Positions 1-13,214 of a stretch of 64,000 bases of DNA are shown piece after piece. The position numbers were made by a program, and so were the translations under genes. Every line of letters starts with the position of its first letter. Within the stretch, counting starts at the first letter, position 1. The notes beneath the pieces are model-generated. The model was not told the origin of the DNA. It searched no databases and saw only the letters and a program-made list of their open reading frames with translations. The DNA comes from Lama guanicoe (taxonomy: Eukaryota): NCBI GenBank assembly GCA_013239625.1, contig MU053376.1, positions 24,833 through 88,832 on the forward strand, given 5' to 3'.

Positions 1-470
1 AAATGAAAAAGCTAAAAAAATATATTTATATTCAATCCAAAAGAAGGCAAAAAAAAAAACAATGAATAGACAGAACAAATAGAAAATAGCAAGTGAGTAG
101 CTGTAAATCTAACAATATGAATAAACAGTTTAAAAATAAATATTCTTAATATCCCAATTGAAAACCAGAGACTGTCAATCAGTATGTAAAAAGAAAAAAG
201 CAGTATCCAAATGCATGAACCTTCCAGAACTGACTTTAAGATAAAGACACCAATAGAAGGGGGGAGGGTATAGCTCAGTTGTAGAGTGTGCACCTAGCAT
301 TCACAGGGTCCTGGTTTCAATCCCCACTACCTCCATTAAAAGTAAATAAATAAATAAAACCTAATTACCACCACCCCCAAATTTTTTAATTAAAAAAAGA
401 CACCAATAGAATAAAAGTAAAAGAATATAAAATAATATACCATGCTAACATAGAAGAAAAGAAAGCTGAA
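1..470 (+). mobile_element. Old L1 fragment (start of ORF2 endonuclease region), interrupted by Vic-1
   Basis: A-rich L1-like sequence (aaagacaccaataga...atataccatgctaac...aagaaagctg) resembles the ORF2 5' region. Confidence 0.7.
259..395 (+). mobile_element. Vic-1 SINE (camelid tRNA-derived)
   Basis: GGGGAGGGTATAGCTCAG head, B-box-like GGTTTCAATCCC, (TAAA)n CCTAATTACC tail. Perfect 16-bp TSD AAAGACACCAATAGAA at 243-258 and 396-411. Confidence 0.92.
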
Positions 471-3400
471 GAGCTTTCCAACTTCCAGAATGGCATTATG
501 ATCTCTGAAAATCTATTCCTCCTTAAAGGCAGTGAGAAGTTTGGAAAAACCTGTCAAATCAACTTTTTCAGACTGTTGAAATTAAACAGAGGTTTTCAAT
601 AATCTGATTAGTGTTTTGTCAAGAAAAATGGCTGAATCTCAATAAGAACAATGAGCTTAGGGACATTTTAACTTTTCCTAATCCAACACCTCTTTTTCCA
701 GCTTTAAAGTATCATGAAAAGCCAACAGCTTCACAACAACAGTAGCTGTGAAACCCGGCAAACTAGCAGCTACTGGGTGGGGGAGAATGGGTTTGGAGCT
801 CCCCTAAAGTCTCAATCCCAGGAAATTTCCACGATTTGACTTATCTGGCAGCTCAATGAAGAGTACTATCTCGGAGCTTGTCTTTATTTGACCTGAATCA
901 GAACTCAATCTCTGCAAATAGCCCTCTCCATAGGGCATTTATCAAAAACAATCAGTGGCAATTGTATAACACTGAAGCTGCCAGAGGTGTTATTAACAGT
1001 TGAGGCTAACAATAGGATGAAAAAAATCTTAAAGGGAAAAATTAGAGGATAAGATGTCCATAGGGAGACTTGAAAAGATTGGACATAGTCCTGGCAATGT
1101 ATAAGGCCACATGCATGCCCAGGAAATACCTGAGAAGGACCTAATGTCTCACTACTGCCTGACCTTGAGGCTTTGCCCAACCAAGAAGTGAAGGCAATGA
1201 AAGGTGTAAACTGCCTGACAAATTATTGAAACCATGTCTATACACATAACCATGAGTCATTAAGCAAAAGAAGGAAGACTTATAGGTTCAAGGTATTTGA
1301 AGAAATCTCTTTTCAATCACTAAGCTGCTCAGCTAACAGCAGAAATTTCATATAACAAGGAATATAGACTTTATAAAATTAATCCAAGAAAGTCACTAAG
1401 CTAATCCTGATGAGGGGGTGAGAATCCGATTTACAGAGTTGCCACACTATACAATTTTAAATGTCTGGTTCAAGAAAAAATTGTGAGCTATGCAAAGAAA
1501 CTGAAAAGTATGCCCCATATATAAGAGGGGGAAAAAAAAACAGTCACTGGAAACATTATCTGAGGAAGCCCAGTTGTTGGGGCTACAAGACAAATACTTC
1601 AAATTTGCTATTATAAATATGCTGAAAGAACTAAGGGAAATTGTATCTAAAGAATTAAAGGAAAGTATGAAATGATATCTTACCAAAGGGAGAAAATCAA
1701 TAAAGAGAAATTATATATATATATATATATAGAAATTCTGGAGTTGAAAAGTAAAATTACTGAAATGAAAAGTTTACTAGACAGACTTAACAGCACATTT
1801 CAATAAGCAAAAGAATCCAAGAACTTGATGAAATGTCAATTAAGATTGAGGAACTGAAATTAAAAGGAATGAAGAAAATAAACTGAGTCTCAGACCTGTG
1901 GAACACCAAGAAAGGAACTAGCACAAGCATAACTAAAGTCTCAGAAAAAGAGAAGAAAGAAAATAGGAAGAAAGAATATTCAAAGAAATAACAACCAAAA
2001 AATTGACAAAAAACATTAGTCTGCACATCCAAGAATCTCAATGAACTCTCAGGATAAACTGAGTGGGATCCACACCTTGACATGTCATAGAAAACTGTCA
2101 AAAGACAAGTGAGAATTTTGAAAACAGCAAAAGGAAAATGACTCATCATATACAAAAGATTCTCAGTAAGATTAACAGCTCATTTCACATCAAAAATAAT
2201 AGAGACCAGAAAGCAGTAGGATAACATATTCAAAGTGCTAAAAGAAAAAGACTGTCAACCAAGAATTCTATATCCAGCAAAACTATCCTTCAAAAATGAA
2301 GGAGAAATTAAGATATTCTCAGATAAACAAAAACTGATAATTTATCACTGTCATGACTGCTCTATAAGAAATACTAAAAAGAGTCCTTCATGCAAAATGG
2401 AAGACATAAATCCTACCTCACTAGTTGCTACACTAAATATAAAGGAACCAAATACTTCAATGAAAAGGCAGATGTTGGTAGGAGGGATAAAAAAAAGACA
2501 TGATCCAACTCTAAGCTGTCTACAAGAGATATATTCTGAATTCCAAGACGCATAAAGGTTGAAGTTAAAAGGATGGAAATATATATGCCATGCAAATAGT
2601 AACTGAAATACAGCTGATGTGGCAATACTAATAGTAGACAAAATAGATTTTAACACAAATAAAAGTGTTACTAGAGATTAAAAAGGATCTGTTATAATGA
2701 TAAGATAGTCAGTCCATCAAGAGTACATAATAGTATAAACATATGTACATTACAATCAAGTCTTAAAATACATAAAGCAAAAATTAACAGAATTGAACAG
2801 AAATAATAATTCAATAGTAATAATTGTAGAACTTAATACCTTTCTTTTAATAATGGATAGAAAAACTAGGCAGAAAAGCATCATGAAAATAGAAGACTTA
2901 AACAGCACCACAAAGCAACTAGACACAACAGACATATATAGAATACATCACCTTACAACAGCACCATACATATTCTTCTTAAGAGCACATAGAACATTCT
3001 CCAGGATAGACCGTATGTCAAGAGTATAAACCTAGCCTCAATAAATTTAAAAGAACTGGAATCATACAAAGTATATTCTCCAACCACAATGGAATGAAAT
3101 TAGAAATCAGTAACAGAAGGAAATTTGGGAAACTCACAAATATGTAAGAATTAAACAACGTACTCATAAATAACCAATGGGAAAGAAACAAGATCTCATC
3201 TCTCACCATTACTATTAAATATTATAATGGAAGATCTAGCCAGTGTAATTAGGCAAGAAGAAATTAATGGCATTTATATTAGAAAGTAAAATAAAACTAT
3301 TCTGAGATGATAAGATCTTATATAGAGGAAAAACTAAAAATTTCACATACACACATACGTGAGTGCACATACACATACACACAAACCCATTCAAATTGAT

Positions 3401-4240
3401 AAAGTTGTTCAGCGAGGTTTGTGTTGATATAGGTCAACATACAAAAATCAATTGTATTTATAGACTTTACCAATGAACTCCAAAAATTAAATTAAGGAAC
3501 ACTTTCATTTACAATAGCATCATAAAAGAATAAAATACTGAGGGATAAATCTAACAAAAGGGCAACACTTGTACACTGAAAACTACAAAATATCAATGAA
3601 ATAAGGAAGACAAGGGGGGAGGGTATAATTCAAGTGTAGTTCAAGTGGTAAAGTGCATTCTTAGCATGCACAAGGTACTGGGTTCAATTCCCAGTACCTC
3701 CTCTAAACATAAATAAATAAATAAACCTAATTACCTCCTCCAACAAAATAAATAAAAATTAAAAAGAAATAAAAAATAAAAATAAAAAGTTTTAAATTTA
3801 AAAAGGAAGACAAATAAATGGAAAGGTATTTCATGTCAATATATTAGAACACTTTGTTTCGTTAAGATGGCAATACTACCCAAATTGATCTCCAGATTGA
3901 ATGCAGTTCCTATCAAAATCCCCACTGCCTTTTGTGTAGACATTCACATAGTGATCCTAAAATATACATGGGAATGCAAGGGACCCAGAATAGTCAAAAC
4001 AATCTTGAAAAAGAGGAACGAAGTTGGAAAACTGACACTACAATTTCAGGACTTGCTACAAAGCGAAAGCAAATAAGAAAGTGTGGTATTGGCATAATGA
4101 TAGACATATTGATCAATGGAACAGAAGTGAGAATCCCAAAAGAAACCCACACATCTATGACATGACCAACTGGTTTTTAATAATGGTGCTAAGACTATTC
4201 AATGGGAAAAGAATAATCTCTTCAACAAGTGGCTTTGGGT
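471..4240 (+). mobile_element. Degenerate L1 (L1MC/L1MD-like): 5' UTR, ORF1, ORF2 with internal deletions
   Basis: ORF1 C-terminal remnant LKEKDCQPRILYPAKLSFKNEGEIKIFSDKQKL (2235-). ORF2 EN remnant IEDLNSTTKQLDTTDIYR...AHRTFSRID. Later ORF2 remnant MAILPKLISRLNAVPIKIP...WECKGPRIVKTILKK (3867-). Confidence 0.92.
3614..3802 (+). mobile_element. Vic-1 SINE inside L1 ORF2
   Basis: Vic-1 head and tail; TSD AAGGAAGACAA at 3603-3613 and 3803-3813. Confidence 0.9.
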
Positions 4241-5734
4241 CATTCCCAGACTATTGATAGTGACACTAAGAATGCCCGAGGCACTAGACAAGGCTTATAT
4301 TACTCATAACAAATCCCCATAGACACTTTTCTCATTGGGTCAATGCTGTGGCTTAAATAGCCCTTGTAGTTTTTATTATGGTTGTAGGATGCCCTTTAGC
4401 AAAAAACATCAGGGAACTTTTTGAGGAACAAGATTTTTTTATTCATAGGTCCTGGAAGGTACACAGCTTTAAATTGTCCTTAAGAGAATCCTGTCAGAGC
4501 TTCATACATTTGATGCTGTTGGCACCATAATGAATGTACATGTAAGAAGAAGGACAGTAACCTGGAAGTTCTTTGAATAACTGATAACTGCTCACATTCA
4601 AATGATGAGGTCAAATAATCTGCCCAGTGAACCTCTGCACTAGACCGCGCCTGGTTTAGAAGAGCCCTGAATGGTGCAAACCAATTCAAATCAAGAAGCT
4701 TATACCAAGGATGATAAAGAGGAAAAATAAAGGCTTAGGTGATGCTCAGGAGAAGAGGGTAGTGCATTTGTCAGGAGCAAGACTTACTCAGCTGTGCAGT
4801 CACTGGGACACCCAGGAAGGAAAATGGCAGAAGTTTCTAGTGTATTTGATCCAGGCTGAACAGCGGAGGTCCAGGTCATGGCACCAGATTCTGTGGGAAA
4901 AAATCAATGGCACTGAGAAGCATAGCCTTCCTTCAGAATCCTGATGCATAGAACCTTTCCAAAGGGGTGTTCAGCCCTGAAGAAGGTGGAGATTTCACAG
5001 AGCTGTAGCCTAAGAAGTTGGCCTGAAGTTCAGGTAGCATTGAGAATAGATGGTCAAAAGCGCTTCCTGAAAGATGGAAGGATTGTTTCTGCAGATTTAC
5101 AGCCTTTGTTTGGAAACTACCAGCACAAAAATAGCGACATTTAGAAGTAGCAGGCCACTGAGCATGCACTAAATGGAATGGGACAAAATATAGCCTCTCA
5201 GAGGACAGAATTTCTGGCAGTTGAATTTTTTTGACCAGGAAGCTCAAACCCCATCTCTGATCACAGAACCAAACACTTGACCTAGTACCACCGAGGTCTG
5301 TATCTATCAGCTTTCACCTCCTGTCCCTGTTCAGCAGGACCTGACATGTGCTTGACTGGTGATTGATGCCTGGGGGTGTCCTGGAGCTTTCCTTTACTCT
5401 TCTTTTCTAAGAAGGGACCTCTATTGTAGCTGGGCTGCTTTTCTCCGTTGGTTTAAGTAGGGCTAGTGCAAATGGTTAGCTTGGCCACTTAATCCATTTG
5501 GAGCCAGGGTACCAGGGTTGGAATCCTGGCTTTTCCACTCTCTAGCTGGGTGACCCACCTCATGGTTATGTTTGGCCTATGGTTGAAATTTTAGAATTGA
5601 AACTCTGAGGTTTCTGTGTGTCTGTACATTTTATGTCTATTATAATTTAGGAAGATCTTTACTGCTCATTGTGTGAATGTGTAATATATCCTTACCTACA
5701 GATGGTGTTACCAAATTAGACTATAAAATCTGTT

Positions 5735-5908
5735 GGTGGAGGAGGGTGTAGCTCAAGCAGTAGAGCACATGCTTAGCACCACGAGGTCTTGGCTTCAATC
5801 CCCAGCACCTCCTCCAAAAATAAATAATAAACCTAATTACCTCCTCCTGCCCCCCCAAAACACTTCCTTAAAAGTTCATTTAAAATATACTTTAAAATAT
5901 CATTTAAA
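5735..5908 (+). mobile_element. Vic-1 SINE
   Basis: Vic-1 body; TSD AAAATCTGTT at 5725-5734 and 5909-5918. Confidence 0.9.
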
Positions 5909-6089
5909 AAAATCTGTTAGGGGAGTTCTATTCTGATTGACTTAGTGATAAATAAGCACTTACATAAATTAAATATTTCTAAAGTTCCCCAGAAATTAAG
6001 GAAATTGAACTTTCAATAAGTTTAAAATGTGGAAAGAAGGGACATTCTTATAGAAAGTTTATCAGAAACGTTTTAAGAACTCAAGTTAA

Positions 6090-6271
6090 GAGGGGAGGGT
6101 ATACTCAGTGGTAGAGCACGGGATAAGCATGCAGGAGGTCATGGGTTTGATCCCCAGTATTTAAATAAAAATATAATAAATAAATAAACCTAATTACCCC
6201 TCCCTCCCCCCCAAAAACAAAAACAAATTTAAAAAATAAATAAAAAGTTTAATGATAAATTAAAAAAATTA
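6090..6271 (+). mobile_element. Vic-1 SINE
   Basis: Vic-1 body; TSD AACTCAAGTTAA at 6078-6089 and 6272-6283. Confidence 0.9.
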
Positions 6272-6889
6272 AACTCAAGTTAACATAATTTAGGTAAATC
6301 TCTGGCAAACAAAACTAGTTTAATAATTTTGGTTTAATAAAAATAGCGATGTTTTTTCTGAGTTACAGGCATCAAGTGAAATATAAATGTACATTTTCAC
6401 TCTACTTAGATACGTTCTTAACCTTGCATAGACTTACTAGTTGAATAAACTAGTATTACTTCTACTTTTCATCTATTAAATGTTTGAAATTACAAAAGTG
6501 TAAATTTGTGTTTAACCAAATAGAATAATTATTCTGACAAACTTTATTTTAGCAGTAATGAGTACGAAGTTAGTTTCCAAGTTCTTAGGAAGCGTAAAAC
6601 CTTAAACTGATACTAAATTGAGTTAATTAAGAGGTACTCATTCAATACCTAGATCATTTCTAAGACAGAATATTGAAATACTGACTACTAAGTATAATTT
6701 TAAGTTTATATGCTTCTTATTTTTATATGCTACAGAGAAACTACATCTGAGTTTTTAGTGAACGTGTTCATTTCTACCACTTTGAGAAGGGAGCAAAGGC
6801 TGGTGTGTGATAGATGCTACATATTCACCCCTTACTTTTCTCTGTGAGATAGAAGTTACTTTGGCTAATTGTCCAGAGCATTTTGTCTT

Positions 6890-7730
6890 CCACACTCCGA
6901 AATATCCAGTATGTCTTGAACCCACTCATGCCGTTTTATTTCCACCACCACCATCTCCTCATTTGTCCAGGCTGTGATTATCTTTCACCTGTACTATTGC
7001 ACTAGTTTTTTAATTGTCCATACAATTTAGGGGGCTACTTACAAAATTTAAATTAGAATATATTTCCTTCTTTACAACTGTCAGTGTCTGCCCGTTGCAT
7101 GGTCTGACCTCATCTCACCTCTCCAACTTCTTCCCGTCTTCCTTTCTACTCGCCTTCACTACTCCCAAGCCACATATGCTTCTCTGGTTTCCATGAACAT
7201 CCTTTCCAGCCTAAAGCCTTGATGCTCGCTGTTCTTTCTACCTGGTTGTTCTGGGCATGATGAAGTCCTTTTATCATCCAGGTCTCAGACAGGATGTTAC
7301 CTTCATCTTTCCTAACCACCCAAACTAAAGCAGCCTAATCCCTGTTACATTTCTGTTTTAATTTTCTTCTTAGTGCCCACCAAGCGCCATGATCTGAAAT
7401 TATCTAAGTCATTAAAAATTTTTTTGTTTCCTTGGGGAGTGATAATTAGATTTATTTACTTATGTATTGACTTAATTTAATTTAACTTTTGTTAACAGAG
7501 GTACTGAGGGTGGAACCAGGACCTCATGCGTGCTAAGCACGCACTCTATGGCTCAGCTTTACCCTACCCTCCAAGTCATTTTTCATTTGATTATTTTGTT
7601 TTCCCAACCAGAACATAGGCGCCATGAAAGCAGGGACCTTTTATTAATCACCTCTGTTTCCTCAAGACCAGGAATGTGTCTGGCACATAATAGGAGCTCA
7701 ATAAATATTTGTTTATGGATGAAAGAATGT
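6890..7730 (+). mobile_element. L2 3' fragment
   Basis: Typical L2 3' end: ctggcacataataggagctcaataaatatttgtttatggatgaa. Confidence 0.75.
7415..7572 (-). mobile_element. Vic-1 SINE
   Basis: Reverse-strand Vic-1 (gaggtactgagggtggaaccaggacctcatgcgtgctaagc) flanked by an AAGTCATT repeat. Confidence 0.85.
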
Positions 7731-8478
7731 TAGTAACATTGCTGGGTCTTGTCACGTGTACCCCCATCCCAGCTGAACTGAAAAAAACACAGGAGGGCAG
7801 GGCCTGCTGGCCTTGGGTTCTTAGCATCCTGATTGTTTTCTGCTTAATGGCCTTGGCCTCCGGGCCTAGACCCAGAACAAAGAAGTAGAAAGGAGGCTGC
7901 AGTGAACCTACCTTCTCTAATCTCCCCAGGAATGTTGTCCTTGCCCAGTAACTGCATTCCTTTCTTCACCTTGGAATGAGATCCTCTTTTCAGCAAAAGC
8001 ATGCATGAAAAGAGGCTGTTTAGGGGACCAGAGTCAGGGTTGCAGCAATGCCTGATGCCTTCTCCATATCCCCAGTGAGATTTGCAGGCTACTCCCCAAC
8101 CCAATCAACTGTACCAACCTAAGACAGAAAAGGAGCGACATCAGACCATTCGGTTGGCTGCATTTAGATCTGGCGAGTAATCGATTTATTGATCTGAATT
8201 TCAGAATCTGATTTGTGATTCTGCTTTTCTTTGCTGCTTCCAGCTTGGCCACCTTGAACTAGAATTTGTCTTTATTGCACCTTGTGAGAAGAATCAGCCG
8301 ACTCTGATTAGCCTACTGTTCATTCAACAGCTGTGTGTTTAGTGTCTACTATGTGTCAGGCACTGTTGTAAGCACTTGGAATGCATCAGGGAACAAAAGA
8401 GACCTTGCCCCACAGGGCAAGGATGGTGAATGGGATAACAATAAACATAATAAATAAGGAAACTGTATAGGATACTGA

Positions 8479-8627
8479 TGGGACAGTATAGCTCAGTGGT
8501 AGAGCATGTGCTTAGCATGCACGAGGTCCTGGGTTCAATCCCCAATACCTTCATTAAATACACACATACATACATAAACCTAATTACCTCCCCTCCCCCC
8601 AAAAACAGAACAAAACAAATATTTTTT
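8479..8627 (+). mobile_element. Vic-1 SINE
   Basis: tatagctcagtggtagagcatgtgcttagcatgcacgaggtcctgggttcaatcccc ... cctaattacctcccc. Confidence 0.9.
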
Positions 8628-9178
8628 TAAATTGTGTAGAATATTGGAAGGTGATGTAAGTACTCTGGAAAAAAAGCAGGTGGGACTGGGGTAGGGGGAG
8701 GCAGATTGCAATTTTAAACCGAAGAACCCCCTGTAGAATGGGGCATCTGAACAAAAAGTTGAAGGAGTTGAGTTAGACACTCAGCCAGGTGAATATCTCA
8801 AGATTTTCAACCGTGTAAATATCTAAGAGCAGAGCATTCCAGGCAGAGGGGGCGTCTAATACGAAGGCCTGGAGGAGCATCTAACGTGTGGCCTGTCAGG
8901 GTGAACAGGGCTGGTGGGAGATTGGGCCAGAGAAACAGTGGGGATCAGATCGTGTAGGGCCTTTACCGTTGTAAGGACTTTGCTGCTTTTACTCTGAGTG
9001 ACATGGGGAGTCGTGGCAGGGTTTTTAACCAAGGAGTGACAGCACTTAAGTTTTCAAAGGATCCCTCGGGTGCTGTGTTAAGAACAGACTGTAAACACAA
9101 GGGTAGAAGCGGGGAGATCTGACCCTTGCTGTCCTAGTAATCTGGGCAAGAAAAGATGGGGGTAGCAGGAAAAGTAGT

Positions 9179-9666
9179 TGTAGGGCAGAAAAGAGTTTTC
9201 CTTGACTCTCCGAGGACCCCTTGGCACGGTCTAAAAGTTAAACTGATAAAGACTAACAGGAGAAAAGCATACGTGTTTATTTTACATGACACAAGGGCTT
9301 TCGTAAGGAATTGAAGACCTGAAAAAAAAAATGGGTAAACCTGAATGTTTTTAATGCTAGGTTTGATGAAGAGTGGAAAGTCACAGGCTAGGACAGAGTC
9401 TGAGCTAAGCGTAGTAAACCAGGGGAAACTCAGCAAGCCTTGTTTCAGATTCTTCTTTATGTCCAAGTCCCTTTTCTTCCACTCCTCTAGGTATAATGAG
9501 AATGCCTCTCACATGAGGGAGGGTCTTGGGACCTACCTCAGGGGGAAAGGGCAGGGGGAGGTCAGAGTGATCTTCTTGCTTCTGCTGTTTCCTCAGAATC
9601 CTTCAGCTGAAAATATTCAATATGCCAAGGTGCCGTATTCAGGAATAATGTGTCCTGAACCCCATC
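9179..9666 (-). mobile_element. ERV1 solo LTR (MER34/MER39-like)
   Basis: Similar ends to the LTRs at 12486-13025 and 31082-31599 (tatgccaaggtgccgtatt...ctgaacccc); reverse-strand poly(A) signal. Confidence 0.6.
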
Positions 9667-10009
9667 CTAGTGAAAAGTGGTTAGATTCTGGATGTACTTT
9701 GAATGTAAGCCCACAGGAAGAAATGGATCTGGCATTTGAGGGAAAGGAAGAAGTCGAAGTTGACTCCAAGATTTTCTCTTGAACAACTGGACAATGTTGC
9801 CGTCCGCTGAGCTGGGAGAGGCAGTCTTGAGATGCAGGTTAGACTTCCAGGTGGAGAAGTTGAGCAGGCAGCTGGAAACACATGCCAGGAACTCAGATGA
9901 GAGGTCTAGCAGGTGTGGGCATATGTAAAGTATTCAAAGCCATAAAGGAGAGAGTGAGTGTAGAGGAAGAATGGAGCATCAAGGACTGCTTCCTGGGGCA
10001 CTCTGACAT

Positions 10010-10340
10010 TGAGAGCATGCTGACAATATAAATATCACGTGAGCCCCATCAGTTTCAAGTTGCCTAGTAACCACATTTAAAGAAGGAAAAAGAAACAGGT
10101 GAAATGAATTTTAAACTGTATTTTACTTACCTAAGGTATCCAAAATGTTATCATTTTCAACCTGTGATCACTATCAAAATTATCAATGAAATATTTTGTA
10201 TCCCCTTTTTTCCTGGTAAGCCCTTGAAATCTTTGCGTGGATGGAATACTTAACAGTGGTCTCATTCAGGCTGGCCATGTTTCTGGTGCTCTACAGCCGT
10301 GCGAGACTAGTGGCTAACCTGTTGGACTGCAGAGATTTAG
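10010..10340. mobile_element. hAT-Charlie DNA transposon fossil (MER33-like)
   Basis: tagtaaccacatttaaagaagg...aaacaggtgaaatgaatttt...ctagtggctaacctgttggac matches recalled MER33/MER3 consensus. Confidence 0.65.
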
Positions 10341-10769
10341 AGGTTTGGAAGAAGAGGGCCCAGCAGAGGAGACTGAGAAGGAGGAGGCTGTGAGGTGGGA
10401 AGGAATCCGAGACATCCTGGAAGCCAGGTGAGCAGAAATGGTGATAATCTGTAGACGTGCTCTCCTGACAGTTTCTGTTTTCTTGGTGAAGAAGCAAACT
10501 AGGTTTACGGTCCAGGGCAAGGATGTGAGAGGAGGCAGTGGGCATGTGAGGAGAGAGGAGAGGGAGGTTCGAGAAGGAAAGGATGATTGCTGGGCAGCAT
10601 AAAAACGCACCGAGACTGACAGTCATGAGTTCAAAGCGAGAACAATCAGTGAGGTTGGGTGTTTTTCTCCAGCCACAGGGATCTGGGCAGGACAGAGGCT
10701 CAGATTGAACCAGGGTAATGGTTTCCTTCTTGATGCCATTTTGGTTTTTGTAGTTGTTGTTTGCTTTAA

Positions 10770-10915
10770 TTTTTAATTTTTTTTTTTAATTTTTGGGAGA
10801 GGAGGTAATTAGGCTTATTTCTTTATCTTTTAGGGGAGGTACCAGGGATGGAATCCAGGACCTCACGCAGGCTGAGCATGCGCTCTACTGTTTGAAGTCT
10901 ATCCTCCTCCCCCCA
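10770..10915 (-). mobile_element. Vic-1 SINE
   Basis: ggaggtaattagg...gaggtaccagggatggaatccaggacctc. Confidence 0.85.
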
Positions 10916-10925
10916 CCCCCGCCAC

Positions 10926-11195
10926 ATTTTTACATTGAGTTATAGTCAATTTACAATGTTGAGTCAATTTCCGGTGTAGAGCACAGTTTTTCAGTCATAC
11001 GTGGGAATACATATATATTCATTTTCACATTCTTTTCCACCGTGAGCTACCACAAGGTCTTATATATATTTCCCTGTGTTATACAGTATAATCTTGTTTA
11101 TCTATTCTATATATACCTGTCAGTATCTACAAATTTCAAACTCCCAGTCTTTCCCTTCCCCCCTCCCCCCAGCAACCGCAAGTTTTTATTCTGTC
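10926..11195 (-). mobile_element. Younger L1 3' UTR fragment
   Basis: ttacaatgttgagtcaatttccggtgtagagc...ttccctgtgttatacagta; related to 18228-18317 and 39280-39480. Confidence 0.75.
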
Positions 11196-12485
11196 TACGA
11201 TTAAAGCTATTCTGATTGCAGGTAACGGAAATCAGCACACATTAGGTAAATCAAAAAAGAAAATTTCTTGGAAGAATTCTGGATAATTTTCAGTTCTCAA
11301 GGGTGTCAAGGGTCAGGATGCAGGCAGCAGTCAGGAACCAAGCTACGGGCATGTCTGTCTCCTCATCTTCATCCAACATGCGTCCTCTCCTGCTTCTCCA
11401 TCCAGGATCCCACAGATGACTGTGGTCCCACCAGTGCCAAGTAGATACCAACTCGCCCCCAGCCTCAGAACTCACATTTACATTACTAAGAGAGGGGATC
11501 TGATGGAACAAGCTTGGGCCAAAGGAGGTGTGAGTCAAGGAAGAAATCATGGGGAAAAGGCAACAGTTAAAATAATTCAAAATATTGTCCCATAACCTGT
11601 GTTTGCCAAAACATAGCATCAGAGACTAACTCCTAATAAATATTCGTAACAAATCAAGTTTTGTGGACTAGTCAATGTTAAAGGGCAACTTTTAAAACAG
11701 GTAAAATTGTGACACTTTCACAAATATAAAATGAACAAATGTCAAAGATTTTATTTAACTCATTAATTAATGAAGGAATAAGTAAGAGGTTTCAGCCAGT
11801 TCAAAGGAGAATTCAAAGACAAGACATACATGTAGGTCCTATAATGAATCTACAAATAGATGCAAAACTAGCTTTTTGGGGCGGGAGGATGAGGGTGAGA
11901 GGGAAGGAAAATCAATTGTTCCTTCACTGGACTCATTTGCAAGTGTATAAAACACAATTATTTGCATTGCCGTTACCTGTAATTTTATTGTAAAATAGCT
12001 CAAAGACAATGAAAGGTGCAAACCTCTTTTATAGAATCGGATAACCTAGAAGAGTGTGCTCTAGAAAATGCATAGTTTCCAATTGAAGACATCCAGTAAT
12101 TCTTTGATCCACTTTAAAAATATTTTTACAATTTTTCCTGAGAACTGAAAAGACCTGAGCTGTTGCTAAGCACATTTCTTCTTGATTCTCTCACTAGCCA
12201 GTATTTTTATGTGCTCAATATTATTTGGTGCCTTTTCATTTTTAAAAATAGTTTTGTAGTTAATTAAAGCTATATGGCACTCAGAATCATAATTACATAC
12301 AATAAAACATCAGATACCCTGATTCCTTGGGAAATATGCCAAAGTTGTATCTCTGTAATCCACAAAGTTCTATCATCTCATCTATCTTGGTTTTTCTAAA
12401 CCATATTAGATCTCTTCCTCTAAAAAAAAAAAAAAAAAAAAAAGAATAAATGGGAAAGACTATTAGGTATATGAGCAAATACTCC

Positions 12486-13025
12486 TGCAGGACATCAGAA
12501 TATGCCGCCCCGGAGAATGCCACTTTGGCATAAGGATTCTTTTGAGCTGGAGGCAAGTGAATCAGCAGATGCAGAAAAACGCCTTCTCAGAGCTTTCCCC
12601 CTACTGACTAAAAGCAGAAACTTGTGGAGAATGAGGCCTGCCATAAATCTCTTCCGAGAGAGTTTTATGGCCATGAAGAAGACGAAAAGTCAGCCCTGAG
12701 ATGGGTCTGCAAGTAAACCTTATTGAAATAACCCTTATCTTTCAGTCGTTTCCCTTGTATAGTTACCTTCCCACAGTTTGCCAACCTAAAAGCCTAAGCG
12801 AACTTTCCTTTGTCTTGTCGCTTCTCTATAAATTTATCGTTCTTTGTTAAGGTGCTATATACGCCCCGAGTTCTAACCACCCTTGTGAGTTACTCATCAC
12901 TGAGTTCGCCCCATGCGTGTGCACTCTGCACATGTCAGTAAACTGTTTTTCTCTTGTTTATGTGTCTTTTGTCAGTTTAATTCCCAGGGCCCCAGCAGGA
13001 GAAAGTTTTTTTCTCCTCTCCTCTA
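12486..13025 (+). mobile_element. ERV1 solo LTR (MER34-like)
   Basis: tgcaggacatcagaatatgccgcccc...gccactttggcataaggattcttttgagctg; TATA-like ctatata near 12856; AGTAAA poly(A) variant. Confidence 0.7.
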
Positions 13026-13214
13026 CTCACAAGATTAATATTGAAGTTTAAAAGGCAGGATACAAATGTGTTTATTCTAGTGGATCCAAACTTTTTCCTT
13101 TGTCTTCTTTTTTCATCTTGAGAACTTTAAAAATGCAGAATATAATTACCTATATTCTCCTCCCCAGAGTTCATTGCTGTTAACAGTCATACTTTTCCAG
13201 TCTTTTTGCCTTTT

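Larger units (their letters stand above)
5560..6800 (+). mobile_element. ERV1 (MER4-group-like) internal fragment
   Basis: AT-rich sequence resembling recalled MER4-group internal consensus (ttaggtaaatctctggcaaacaaaactagtttaataattttggtttaataaaaatagc). Confidence 0.5.
8316..10730 (-). mobile_element. L2 fragment interrupted by Vic-1, an LTR and a MER33-like element
   Basis: Reverse L2 3' end (cattcaacag...tactatgtgtcaggcactg) continuing as purine-rich L2 ORF2-like sequence. Confidence 0.7.

Noticed and set aside
8479..8560. tRNA-like sequences with A and B boxes (here and at other copies)
   Set aside because: They are Vic-1 SINE heads with tails and TSDs, not tRNA genes.
11600..12100. AT-rich segment that looks like an old interspersed repeat
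   Set aside because: Could not assign a family or boundaries with confidence.
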